Part shown: piece after piece, positions 28,123-36,517 of the stretch
How the letters are laid out: every line of letters starts with the position of its first letter
Position numbering within the stretch: position 1 is the stretch's first letter
DNA from: Gammaproteobacteria bacterium
GTDB lineage: Bacteria > Pseudomonadota > Gammaproteobacteria > CBDBNL01 > JAAOII01
Assembly: GCA_965207945.1 (NCBI GenBank)
Contig: OZ242303.1
Coordinates: 1,280,935 to 1,344,934, forward strand
Direction: 5' to 3'
Length of the DNA: 64,000 nt
Made by a program: the position numbers and the translations under genes
Notes under the pieces: model-generated
Seen by the model: only the letters and a program-made list of their open reading frames with translations
What the model was told of the DNA's origin: nothing
Databases searched by the model: none

Positions 28123-30411
28123 TCATTCCCACCAGATTAGTGGTTTAATTTCTTTGTAATCTATTTCTTGGGTATTTATTTTTGTACCATCTTCAAATTC
28201 AACTTCATTAGCAGTAATTTTTCTAATATTTTTACCTTTCAGATTGGAAAGAGTTTCAGCAATATCAATATCCGGATATAAAGCACTTAGATCTACTTTA
28301 ACTTTATTATTTTTATAGTCAATTGTTATCGCCTTTGTCATCTTCTCATCCTTCATAAAAACATATTCTTGATATGGGCTAGCACCAACCTGTAAATCTA
28401 AAACATCGCTATCTGCATACTTGCATTTGCTTAAGGTATCTTCATATTGCTCTAGTTCATAGTATTTAAAAAATCCGCCACCATTCCAATTAACTTCTTT
28501 AGATATACCACAAGGTTCATTCTTTCCAACGCCTGCCAATATCTGCTTCATTCTATTAAGAATTAGAGGATCAAAACTTACTCCCATCTCCACACCAACC
28601 CATTTTCTGTTAAGCTTGTGAGCGGCGGCTATAGTAGTCCCCGCCCCTAAGAAAAAGTCAGCAACTATATCATTCTCGTTGCTTGATGATTCTATAATTC
28701 TTCTAAGCAGGTTTTCAGGTTTTTGTGTCAAATAGCCAGTTCTTTCTTTGGATTGACTTGCAGTTCCTAAAGAAGGTATTTCTGTCCACCAATCATGCAA
28801 AGTCCTACCTTTATATTTATCCCAGTAAACTCTTTTTTCTTTATCCCATTGCCAATATCTATCTCCATTCTCATCAACTTTATTAAAAGATTTCTCATTT
28901 TCTTCTCTCCCTTTATATATAGGATTAAAAATATATTGTTCATCTTTACTATAGAATATAATATTATCGTGTTTTCTGCCCCACATTCCCTTTGCACCTG
29001 TTCCCGCATAACACCAAACTATGTCATTCCTAAAATTATCTTTTCCAAATACTTCATCCATTATAATTCTTCCGTAATAGTGAGCATTATGATCTAAATG
29101 TAGATAAAAATTTCCTGTTTCTTTCAATAGCTTATGAGCCAATGAAATGCGATCAAACATAATTGATAACCAAGTACTATCTCTAAATTTGTCAATATAT
29201 TCAAAATCATGTCCAGTATTAAAAGGTGGATCCATATAGATGGTTTGAATCTTTCCCGTAAACTTAGGTAATATAGAATTAAGCGCCTGATAATTTTCAC
29301 TCTTAATTAGCCATCCATCTAATTGATTATCTAAGTCATTAAATAAAGAAAGTATTTCAAACTTTAAATCTAAAAAATGCTTAGTATCTATTGGTAGGTG
29401 AGCGTATTTACTATTATCTATATATTCCTCATTAAATTTTCCATCAAATATACTAAGTTCTTTCCATTCTTTTAATTGCTTATTAAAATTAGGGTGATTA
29501 ACTATTTTTTTAACTAGTTTTTTATCTGTGATTTTATCCAGAGTTATTACATAGTTACTCTTGCGGACAAACTTGGGTTTATTCCAAATCTTACCTAATT
29601 CATTTTCAAATTGAGAAATAAAATCTATTATTTTATAAGTAATTATTTTCAGTAACCTTAGCTGCTCAATCCTATCTGGAGTCCATTCATTATCTTCTTG
29701 CCAAAAATACTGATAGCTCCAGAGCTTAAATTGCTCCATAAGAAATTCTTTGGCATTCTTATTAATAAAATAATCAACTTTAGTTTGTTTTTCAAAGAGA
29801 TTAAAGCCGTGTTCTAAATCATCTACTTTAGCTTGTAATCCTTCTTTTTTAATTGACTTAAGTATTCCGTTGGTGTCTGTTTTTTTACCATTTTTAGAAT
29901 AACTAACCTCTAAATTAACCAATCCATCTTTTATATTCTTAAATATATATATAACTGATTTCTTTTCATTGATTTTCTTGTGTTCCATATTACTGACATC
30001 AAAAAATAATTTCCAATTATCTGATTCGTTAGGATCAATTTCAATGCTTCTAAAGATACTATCTGTCTTAACATAATAAAGTATATTGGTTTTCCAAAAT
30101 AAAGAGACATCTTGTTCTTCCGTATAAACCTTCTCATATATATTATTATGAAAAGGAGTTGAATTAAAATAGATAGAACCATTCTCACTAAAGTAGCGAC
30201 TAAAAAACGAATAAAGCTTATTAAAAATTTCTTCTCTAAATTTAGGATGATTACATAACTGTACATCAATATCTTTTTCAAGAATTTTCTTAATTTGAGA
30301 ATAATATCCATGCTTAATCTTCATTAAATTAACAAACCCTCCTTTGCCTTCAATCTTTGCTCCAGCAAAAATATCTTCTAAAATTTGGTAAAACTTTTCT
30401 TCCTTGTTCAT
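28123..30411 (-). CDS. mod: DNA methyltransferase (beta-class N6A/N4C, type III Mod-like), paralog 2
   Basis: Motif IV YMDPPFNTGHDFEY and motif I IVADFFLGAGTTIAAAHKL. The N-terminal about 390 aa are about 85-90% identical to paralog 1 and the C-terminal about 150 aa about 99% identical. The central catalytic/TRD core is divergent. Confidence 0.75.
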   Translation of the reverse strand: MNKEEKFYQILEDIFAGAKIEGKGGFVNLMKIKHGYYSQIKKILEKDIDVQLCNHPKFREEIFNKLYSFFSRYFSENGSIYFNSTPFHNNIYEKVYTEEQDVSLFWKTNILYYVKTDSIFRSIEIDPNESDNWKLFFDVSNMEHKKINEKKSVIYIFKNIKDGLVNLEVSYSKNGKKTDTNGILKSIKKEGLQAKVDDLEHGFNLFEKQTKVDYFINKNAKEFLMEQFKLWSYQYFWQEDNEWTPDRIEQLRLLKIITYKIIDFISQFENELGKIWNKPKFVRKSNYVITLDKITDKKLVKKIVNHPNFNKQLKEWKELSIFDGKFNEEYIDNSKYAHLPIDTKHFLDLKFEILSLFNDLDNQLDGWLIKSENYQALNSILPKFTGKIQTIYMDPPFNTGHDFEYIDKFRDSTWLSIMFDRISLAHKLLKETGNFYLHLDHNAHYYGRIIMDEVFGKDNFRNDIVWCYAGTGAKGMWGRKHDNIIFYSKDEQYIFNPIYKGREENEKSFNKVDENGDRYWQWDKEKRVYWDKYKGRTLHDWWTEIPSLGTASQSKERTGYLTQKPENLLRRIIESSSNENDIVADFFLGAGTTIAAAHKLNRKWVGVEMGVSFDPLILNRMKQILAGVGKNEPCGISKEVNWNGGGFFKYYELEQYEDTLSKCKYADSDVLDLQVGASPYQEYVFMKDEKMTKAITIDYKNNKVKVDLSALYPDIDIAETLSNLKGKNIRKITANEVEFEDGTKINTQEIDYKEIKPLIWWE

Positions 30412-30601
30412 GTGTAAGATTTATAGATAAATAATTGTATTATCATACCATTAAATCAAGCTTTCTTTCAGCAAAGTTAGCCTATAACACAATAGATGTG
30501 GTATTAAACAAGAATGATTAGAAAATAGAAACATTAGAATAGATGCATGAAAAGGCCGTGAATACTTACAAATTTACCATAGCTGTGGTATACTCAGAAA
30601 T

Positions 30602-31240
30602 ATGCCAAATGATTGTAAAAAAACTATTGATGATCTTAATCAAATTATTAAGACTGATCCAAATAATGCATATGCTTACGATGATCGCGGCCATACTAAA
30701 TTTAAATTACAAGATTATCAAGGAGCCATTGATGATCTTAATCAAGCCATTAATATTGAACCAAATAATGCAAAATTTTACAGTAATCGTGGCGTCATTA
30801 AACTTACAATTAAAGATTATAAAGGAGCTATCAATGATTTTACTGAATCTATTAAAATTGATCCAAATGAAACCCGTTATTACAATAATCGTGGCAACGC
30901 TAAACTTGAAATTAAAGATTACAAAGGGGCTATCAAAGATTATCAAATAGCACTTAAAATTAACCCAAATAATGCAAATGCTTACAATGATCGCGGTATC
31001 GCCAAACGTGAATTAAAAGACTATAACGGGGCTATCAATGATTTTACTCAGGCTATTGAAATTGAACCGAATGATGCGAATGCTTACAATAATCGTGGTA
31101 ATATTAAATATAAATTAAAAGACTATAACGGGGCTATCAATGATTATCAAATAGCATTAAATTTAAGTGATAATAAATATTTAACTGGAAGAATAACTAA
31201 ATCCCTTAAGCAAGTTCAGAAAACATTAAAAGATTCGTAG
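30602..31240 (+). CDS. orphan TPR-repeat protein (6 TPRs; same subfamily as the FRG-TPR genes; possibly an N-terminally truncated remnant)
   Basis: Starts inside a TPR helix (MPNDCKKTIDDLNQIIKTDPNNAYAYDDRG). The repeats (AYNNRGNIKYKLKDYNGAINDY) match those at 35.6-36.3 kb, 37.4-37.9 kb and 9.3-11.0 kb. Confidence 0.55.
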   Translation: MPNDCKKTIDDLNQIIKTDPNNAYAYDDRGHTKFKLQDYQGAIDDLNQAINIEPNNAKFYSNRGVIKLTIKDYKGAINDFTESIKIDPNETRYYNNRGNAKLEIKDYKGAIKDYQIALKINPNNANAYNDRGIAKRELKDYNGAINDFTQAIEIEPNDANAYNNRGNIKYKLKDYNGAINDYQIALNLSDNKYLTGRITKSLKQVQKTLKDS

Positions 31241-31384
31241 AATATATTTATTGAAAACAAGGAATAGTTATATAGCGACTTTATTAGTAGTTATAGCTAT
31301 GGAGAATTTAAACACATTCGCGTAATTAGTGCAAAATAGGTTTAGTAATCTAATAAAGTAGTCAAATAAAATATATTAACCAAA

Positions 31385-32815
31385 TCATGCCACTAATTCT
31401 TCTATTTGCAAAACACGAGATTTTAAGGTATCTATAAAAACATCACACTGTTCTTTCATAAGCTGATTAAAATTTCCAGATTCATTATCTTTTGGCACTT
31501 TTAGAAACATCACATGAAAATGAATATCACTACCATGTTGTCTAATAACATCAGAAATTAATTCCAAAGATTGCTCCACATTAAAGTGCGCGTCCCATTC
31601 GTCTTCAGGCATTGGGTAGATAAACCCACATCCGCCTATTGGTCGTTCATTAGCATATTGACCTATATAGGTATGTAATTGGAAAAGGTCTTCTCGCTTT
31701 ACGCCTTTATTGGTATTGAAATTTTTATACTTAACATCAAATACATAAAGTCCCCCATTACTTTCAAACACAATATCTGGTATTAACTTACGAACCCCTT
31801 TATTAGAGTATCCTGCCGTTGGTATTGGATGTTCTTTTCCGGATACTTCTCGTAATATTATGCTATTTCTTATCAGAAGTTTTCTAATAAAATATTCAAA
31901 TAGCATTGACACATCAAATAAGAAAGCGCTATCATCTTTTATAGAACCAAAATTAATTCCATGTTGAGTTATGATCCTCTTTGACAGATCTATCAAAATA
32001 TTATAGTCGTTGTAAAAAGGATTAGTAAAATGTGGGGTTTCCATAATTTCCTTATAACTTCTTTTTATTCCTTGATTTGCTATTACAAAAGAATTGTAGA
32101 TGCCTCTTGTCTGCTCACAAAAAGAATAGCTCTTGATTAACTCATAAGCTTTAATAAAAAGGGAAGTTGCCGGACTACTGTAACTATGTTCTCGGTATGA
32201 GCAAAGATATTTACCTGATGTTTTATTGAGAAAGTAATCAACTGGGTCAATGCTGCCCCTAACCTTTGACGTCATTTCGGTCTTAGTTACATAAGTTTTG
32301 GGTATACCCAGACGGTATGCTCGCATAAATTTAATATTCCATAGGTATGCCAATAGCCAGTCATGCCCTTTCTTATTTCCCGCCCCACCAATATTTTCTA
32401 CTTCACGGAAGCCATCTGTATCTGCAATTATGTACTGTAAGAATGAATCACCGAAACGGGAACTAATATTCAATCCATAATCGCCCTTCTTTACAAAACC
32501 AACAACATTGCCAGTCTTTAGTGTGAAGTTATCTTTATTGCTACCAGTTATGTTAATAAACTCATCATTAGTATTATGCTTATACTCTTCAGAATTGAAT
32601 AGAAAATCAGTATGTCCGTTAGTATCATTAAATGCACGCTGCATATCGGATGATATAGATTGGAGGAATAGAAATGCTGGTTCATCTATTTGTCCGTTAC
32701 TTTCTAAATTTGCATGGTAAGAGTTTCTGTTCCATTTATTGACCAGCATTCCTTCCTCGGATTGATAACTTTGGTTATCACGAAGAGTTATACTTTTATG
32801 ATTTTGATTTTCCAA
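31385..32815 (-). CDS. mcrC: McrC-like type IV restriction nuclease subunit
   Basis: Immediately downstream of mcrB. C-terminal PD-(D/E)xK: LIPDIVFESNGGLYVFDVKYK. Confidence 0.7.
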   Translation of the reverse strand: MENQNHKSITLRDNQSYQSEEGMLVNKWNRNSYHANLESNGQIDEPAFLFLQSISSDMQRAFNDTNGHTDFLFNSEEYKHNTNDEFINITGSNKDNFTLKTGNVVGFVKKGDYGLNISSRFGDSFLQYIIADTDGFREVENIGGAGNKKGHDWLLAYLWNIKFMRAYRLGIPKTYVTKTEMTSKVRGSIDPVDYFLNKTSGKYLCSYREHSYSSPATSLFIKAYELIKSYSFCEQTRGIYNSFVIANQGIKRSYKEIMETPHFTNPFYNDYNILIDLSKRIITQHGINFGSIKDDSAFLFDVSMLFEYFIRKLLIRNSIILREVSGKEHPIPTAGYSNKGVRKLIPDIVFESNGGLYVFDVKYKNFNTNKGVKREDLFQLHTYIGQYANERPIGGCGFIYPMPEDEWDAHFNVEQSLELISDVIRQHGSDIHFHVMFLKVPKDNESGNFNQLMKEQCDVFIDTLKSRVLQIEELVA

Positions 32816-32820
32816 AGCGT

Positions 32821-34554
32821 CTATTTATTACTTTCCATTCCAAACACTTTCCTAAATTGTTGGATGAGTTCATTCTCTTTACCACCTGTACCACGAAGAT
32901 ACTCATGTAATAAAGGATAGATGCAATCTACCCATATTTTATTTCTAACCTCATCAAGAGTTAAATTATTTGGATACTTCATATTCATCAGATATGCATG
33001 TCCTATTTGATAGTCAGAACCAAGCAGCTCCGTATTTGTAATTTCTTTATTAAGAAACTCAAGATTTTCTGCTAATCCAACCCAATCTTGTTTTTTCTTT
33101 GCCAGATCCTGCTTTAGAATATCAATATTAGGCACAACTTCTTCCCAATGGAATCTTCTGCGCAGAGCGAAATCAAAACTTTCAATACTGCGGTCAATAG
33201 TATTCATAGTACCAATTAGACGAATATTAAATGGAATAAAGAATTGGTATCCCAACTCATTGTTAAACATACCTGTTTCTTTATCATTAAGGGTTGAATA
33301 TTGGGTTTTGATAACACCCTTTACACCCCGATATTCCAGACAATACATTAACTCTCCAAGAACTCGTGAAAGTTCTGCCCTATTAATTTCATCTATTATG
33401 AAGTAAAAAGGAGGGATGGCATCTATAAGTAATATAGAAGAATCTCCTATATCAAAAATATATTTCCAATGATTTTCTTTTTCTGTTAACCTACTTTTGC
33501 TATTCTCAATGTCTTTGATTGTAAGTGAACTGAAATTTTGGTTTTCACATATTTTGTGATTATAAATGTCAAGTTCCCATTTACTAGCTTTTATACAGAA
33601 ATCCTTGAATACCCCGTTTTGTAACCTAAGTTGAGTCGCTTCATTTTTATCTGGCACAGGCCGCAAACCTTCCATAAAATCTTCATAACTAAACGAAGGA
33701 TGAAACTGAACAAATTCATGCTGCTCTGCATACATATAGTAACTTGTTGGCGCAAATTTCTTTTTCCATTCATTAAAGTGTGATTCGGCCTGTTTCTTAG
33801 CTTCGTATGTCTTACCAGTTCCAGGAGGACCATATTTAATCACTTGATTTTTAATGGCGAATATATCTTTCATATTTTCATTTTGGGTTGTCGTATCGTT
33901 ATAAGGAGCTACTATATTTTTTTCAGGGTTTTCTATATGTTCATTTAAGCGCCAAACAAACATACTTAAATAAAATTCATCTGTCTTTTCATTTTCTAAT
34001 TCATTCTGAAGTTTTTCTCTAATTTCTTTCATTAGAAATTGATTTCTTGCGAACCATTCTCGGGATCTGTTATTACGACCTGTATTATAAGGATATTCAG
34101 ATATCATTTTTTCCTTCATTAACCATTTAAATACTGCATCAAATTTTTTAACACTAACTGTAGTAGATACCCCAAGGGTACTTGCTGCAGCTATCCTATT
34201 AATCAATAAATGATTCTGTTTACCTTTCCAATTTTTATAAAGTTCATGATAAGTATTCTCTGTTGGATTTTTGATAAGAGACTCAAGGGCAGACATAAAA
34301 TTATCATCCTTAATAAATGAGTTAAATCTCTTAGGTAGTAAACCCGATTGTTTGCAACTAGCAATTCCGTTATCTCTAGTTTTAATTAATTTATCTAAAA
34401 AATCTTTATCCTGCTTCCATGATTCATCTTTATTAATAGTGTAATGAACATGATTAAAAAAATTTTTGTAATTGTTGTACCAAATATTAAATCCTTTGTT
34501 ATCCTTGTCAACAAGACTTTCATAATAATGTTTTAATTTGTTTTCCATAATCAT
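32821..34554 (-). CDS. mcrB: McrB-like AAA+ GTPase with an unusual approx. 215-aa N-terminal (putative DNA-reader) domain
   Basis: Walker A VIKYGPPGTGKTY and the McrB hallmark FYFIIDEINRAELSRVLGELMYCLEYRG. The N-terminal domain is homologous to the ORF at 38073-38822. Confidence 0.8.
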   Translation of the reverse strand: MIMENKLKHYYESLVDKDNKGFNIWYNNYKNFFNHVHYTINKDESWKQDKDFLDKLIKTRDNGIASCKQSGLLPKRFNSFIKDDNFMSALESLIKNPTENTYHELYKNWKGKQNHLLINRIAAASTLGVSTTVSVKKFDAVFKWLMKEKMISEYPYNTGRNNRSREWFARNQFLMKEIREKLQNELENEKTDEFYLSMFVWRLNEHIENPEKNIVAPYNDTTTQNENMKDIFAIKNQVIKYGPPGTGKTYEAKKQAESHFNEWKKKFAPTSYYMYAEQHEFVQFHPSFSYEDFMEGLRPVPDKNEATQLRLQNGVFKDFCIKASKWELDIYNHKICENQNFSSLTIKDIENSKSRLTEKENHWKYIFDIGDSSILLIDAIPPFYFIIDEINRAELSRVLGELMYCLEYRGVKGVIKTQYSTLNDKETGMFNNELGYQFFIPFNIRLIGTMNTIDRSIESFDFALRRRFHWEEVVPNIDILKQDLAKKKQDWVGLAENLEFLNKEITNTELLGSDYQIGHAYLMNMKYPNNLTLDEVRNKIWVDCIYPLLHEYLRGTGGKENELIQQFRKVFGMESNK

Positions 34555-34693
34555 TTATACAACATATCTAACATGATGTCAAGTTATGTAATTCCTTTTT
34601 AGTTACTCCAGTAAAATAATGCAATATTAAATAAAGAGTAAATCAAGTTCACACATACTATATTACTTGTACATAGAATTAGACAGATTAAGA

Positions 34694-34699
34694 TATAAT
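34694..34699 (+). promoter_or_regulatory. putative -10 hexamer (TATAAT) 7-8 nt upstream of the leader-ORF ATG
   Basis: gatataat is conserved in both FRG-TPR upstream regions (34692-34699 and 36444-36451) with the same spacing to the uORF ATG. This suggests a leaderless or near-leaderless transcript. Confidence 0.3.
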
Positions 34700-34706
34700 A
34701 ACAAAA

Positions 34707-34766
34707 ATGAATTATTCTACCAAAATATATAAAAAGGTTCTGCCAGCAACCACCCTACTTCCTTGA
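34707..34766 (+). CDS. 19-codon upstream leader ORF (MNYSTKIYKKVLPATTLLP) whose TGA overlaps the TTG start of FRG-TPR 1
   Basis: ATG 34707, stop TGA 34764-34766, main ORF TTG at 34763 (TTGA overlap). The paralogous copy is at 36458-36517. Confidence 0.35.
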   Translation: MNYSTKIYKKVLPATTLLP

Positions 34767-36418
34767 GTTATATTCAAGATACTGGAAGTAATGCACCAGT
34801 AGTTAATTCCGTTTCAGAGTTTCTTGCATGCATTAATGATATTATAAAATATAACAATGACCAGGGAAGTAAATTTTTGTTTAGAGGTCAAGAGAACGAA
34901 GAGTGGGAGATGGAAACATCTGCTTATAGGCGTCTAAAAAGAGAATCCAACGATAATCAAGTATCAGAAGGAGAGGAATTGTATTACAATCTTGGATTAA
35001 TACAACAATTTAGACATGCAGATTTCCATAGCAAGTACTCATCAGAAATAATGCAGCAGGACTTAGGTATTTTAGCTCAACTACAACATATGGGAGCTGC
35101 AACCTCATTAATTGATTTCACTGATAACGCAACAACTGCTTTATGGTTTGCTTGTAAAAAAAGTATAAACTCAGATAGTAATCATAATAATGGCAAGGTA
35201 TTTATTTTATTTGCAGGTGGCGAACATAATTTTGAAGAGATTGATAGTTTAGAACAAATAAAAAATTCTAGAGTAAGATTTCCTAAACAATTAGAATTTG
35301 CTAAAGAAAATAATATATTAAACAATGAAAAGTTAAACTATTGGAAACCAGCGCATCTTAATAATCGCATTACTGCTCAGCAATCTTATTTTTTAATAGG
35401 CAAAAGAGAACCACCAAAAATGCAAGAAATAGTTATAGCAGGAGCTTCAAAAATTGATATGTTAGAAGAGCTATCATTAGTACATGGAATTGAGCGAACG
35501 ACATTATTTCCAGATTTAGTTGGTTTTGCGCAGGCAAATTCTGTAGATTCAGCTTACGGCAAAGAAGAAAAACTGTTAAGAAAGAGAAATATTATTCGCC
35601 ATCACGATGAAATTATTGAACAAAGCCCTGAAGATCTCGGAGCTTATAGTAATCGAAGCATTGCTAAGTACAATTTGGGGGATTACGAAGGGGCTATTGA
35701 TGATTTTACCCAAGCTATTAATATTGACCCAAAGAATGCAAATGCTTACAATAATCGTGGTTACATTAAATATCAAATAGAACGTTACAAAGATGCTACT
35801 GATGATTTCAATGAAGCTATTAAGATTGACCCAAGCACTGCATTATTTTATAATAATCGCGGTAATCTTAAATGCACGTTAAAAAAATATCAACTTGCTG
35901 TTAATGATTACAATGAAGCTATTAAAATTGAATCAAATAATGCATTATTTTATAACGGTCGCGGACATGCTAAGCGTGGATTAAAAGATTATAAAGAAGC
36001 TATTAATGATTTTACTAAAGCTATTAATATTGACCCGAATGATGTAAATTCTTACAACGAACTCGGAAACACTAAACTTAAATTAAAAGATTATAAAGAA
36101 GCTATTAATGATTTTACTAAAGCTATTGAAATTGATCCAAAGAATGCAAATCTTTACTATAATCGTGGTATGACTGAATATGAATCCAAAGATTATAAAG
36201 AAGCTATTAATGATTTTACTAAAGCTATTGAAATTGATCCAAAGAATGCAAATGCTTACCATAGCTCTGGTAAAGCTAAACTTGAGTTAAATGATTATAA
36301 AGAAGCTATTAATGATTATGAAACAGCACTGAAGCATAGTATAGACAAAGATTTAACTGAGGATATAACTCTAGACCTTGAGGATGCCCAGGACACTTTT
36401 AGAGAACGTACAAGGTAA
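34763..36418 (+). CDS. FRG-domain protein fused to C-terminal TPR repeats (paralog 1)
   Basis: KFLFRGQENEEW and LGILAQLQHMGAATSLIDFTDNATTALWFA match FRG-domain (PF08867) consensus motifs (FRGQ; QHyGlPTrLLDWT). The C-terminus has about 8 TPRs. There is no in-frame ATG before the FRG motif, so it starts at TTG 34763. Confidence 0.7.
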   Translation: MSYIQDTGSNAPVVNSVSEFLACINDIIKYNNDQGSKFLFRGQENEEWEMETSAYRRLKRESNDNQVSEGEELYYNLGLIQQFRHADFHSKYSSEIMQQDLGILAQLQHMGAATSLIDFTDNATTALWFACKKSINSDSNHNNGKVFILFAGGEHNFEEIDSLEQIKNSRVRFPKQLEFAKENNILNNEKLNYWKPAHLNNRITAQQSYFLIGKREPPKMQEIVIAGASKIDMLEELSLVHGIERTTLFPDLVGFAQANSVDSAYGKEEKLLRKRNIIRHHDEIIEQSPEDLGAYSNRSIAKYNLGDYEGAIDDFTQAINIDPKNANAYNNRGYIKYQIERYKDATDDFNEAIKIDPSTALFYNNRGNLKCTLKKYQLAVNDYNEAIKIESNNALFYNGRGHAKRGLKDYKEAINDFTKAINIDPNDVNSYNELGNTKLKLKDYKEAINDFTKAIEIDPKNANLYYNRGMTEYESKDYKEAINDFTKAIEIDPKNANAYHSSGKAKLELNDYKEAINDYETALKHSIDKDLTEDITLDLEDAQDTFRERTR

Positions 36419-36445
36419 CTCTTCTAAAAACAATAAATAGTAAGA

Positions 36446-36451
36446 TATAAT
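36446..36451 (+). promoter_or_regulatory. putative -10 hexamer (TATAAT) upstream of the second leader ORF
   Basis: Same conserved gatataat context and spacing as copy 1. Confidence 0.3.
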
Positions 36452-36457
36452 AATAAA

Positions 36458-36517
36458 ATGAATTCTTCTACTAAAACATATAAAAAGGTTCTTCCTCCAA
36501 CCACTCTACTTCTTTGA
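36458..36517 (+). CDS. 19-codon upstream leader ORF (MNSSTKTYKKVLPPTTLLL) whose TGA overlaps the TTG start of FRG-TPR 2
   Basis: ATG 36458, TGA 36515-36517, main TTG 36514. It is 15/19 aa identical to copy 1. Confidence 0.35.
   Translation: MNSSTKTYKKVLPPTTLLL

Larger units (their letters stand above)
25620..30540. repeat. approx. 2.45-kb tandem direct duplication (mod gene plus approx. 110-bp leader), mosaic identity
   Basis: 25620-26040 vs 28123-28545 are near-identical at the DNA level. The 5' kb of each gene and the leaders (28011-28122 vs 30412-30520, containing the GGTATtatcATACC inverted repeat) are about 85-90% identical. The middle is divergent. Confidence 0.85.

Noticed and set aside
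30543-30950. 135-aa plus-strand ORF overlapping the orphan TPR gene in another frame
   Set aside because: The TPR frame (30602-31240) gives clean 34-aa repeats. This other frame gives Ile/Leu/Lys-rich low-complexity sequence.
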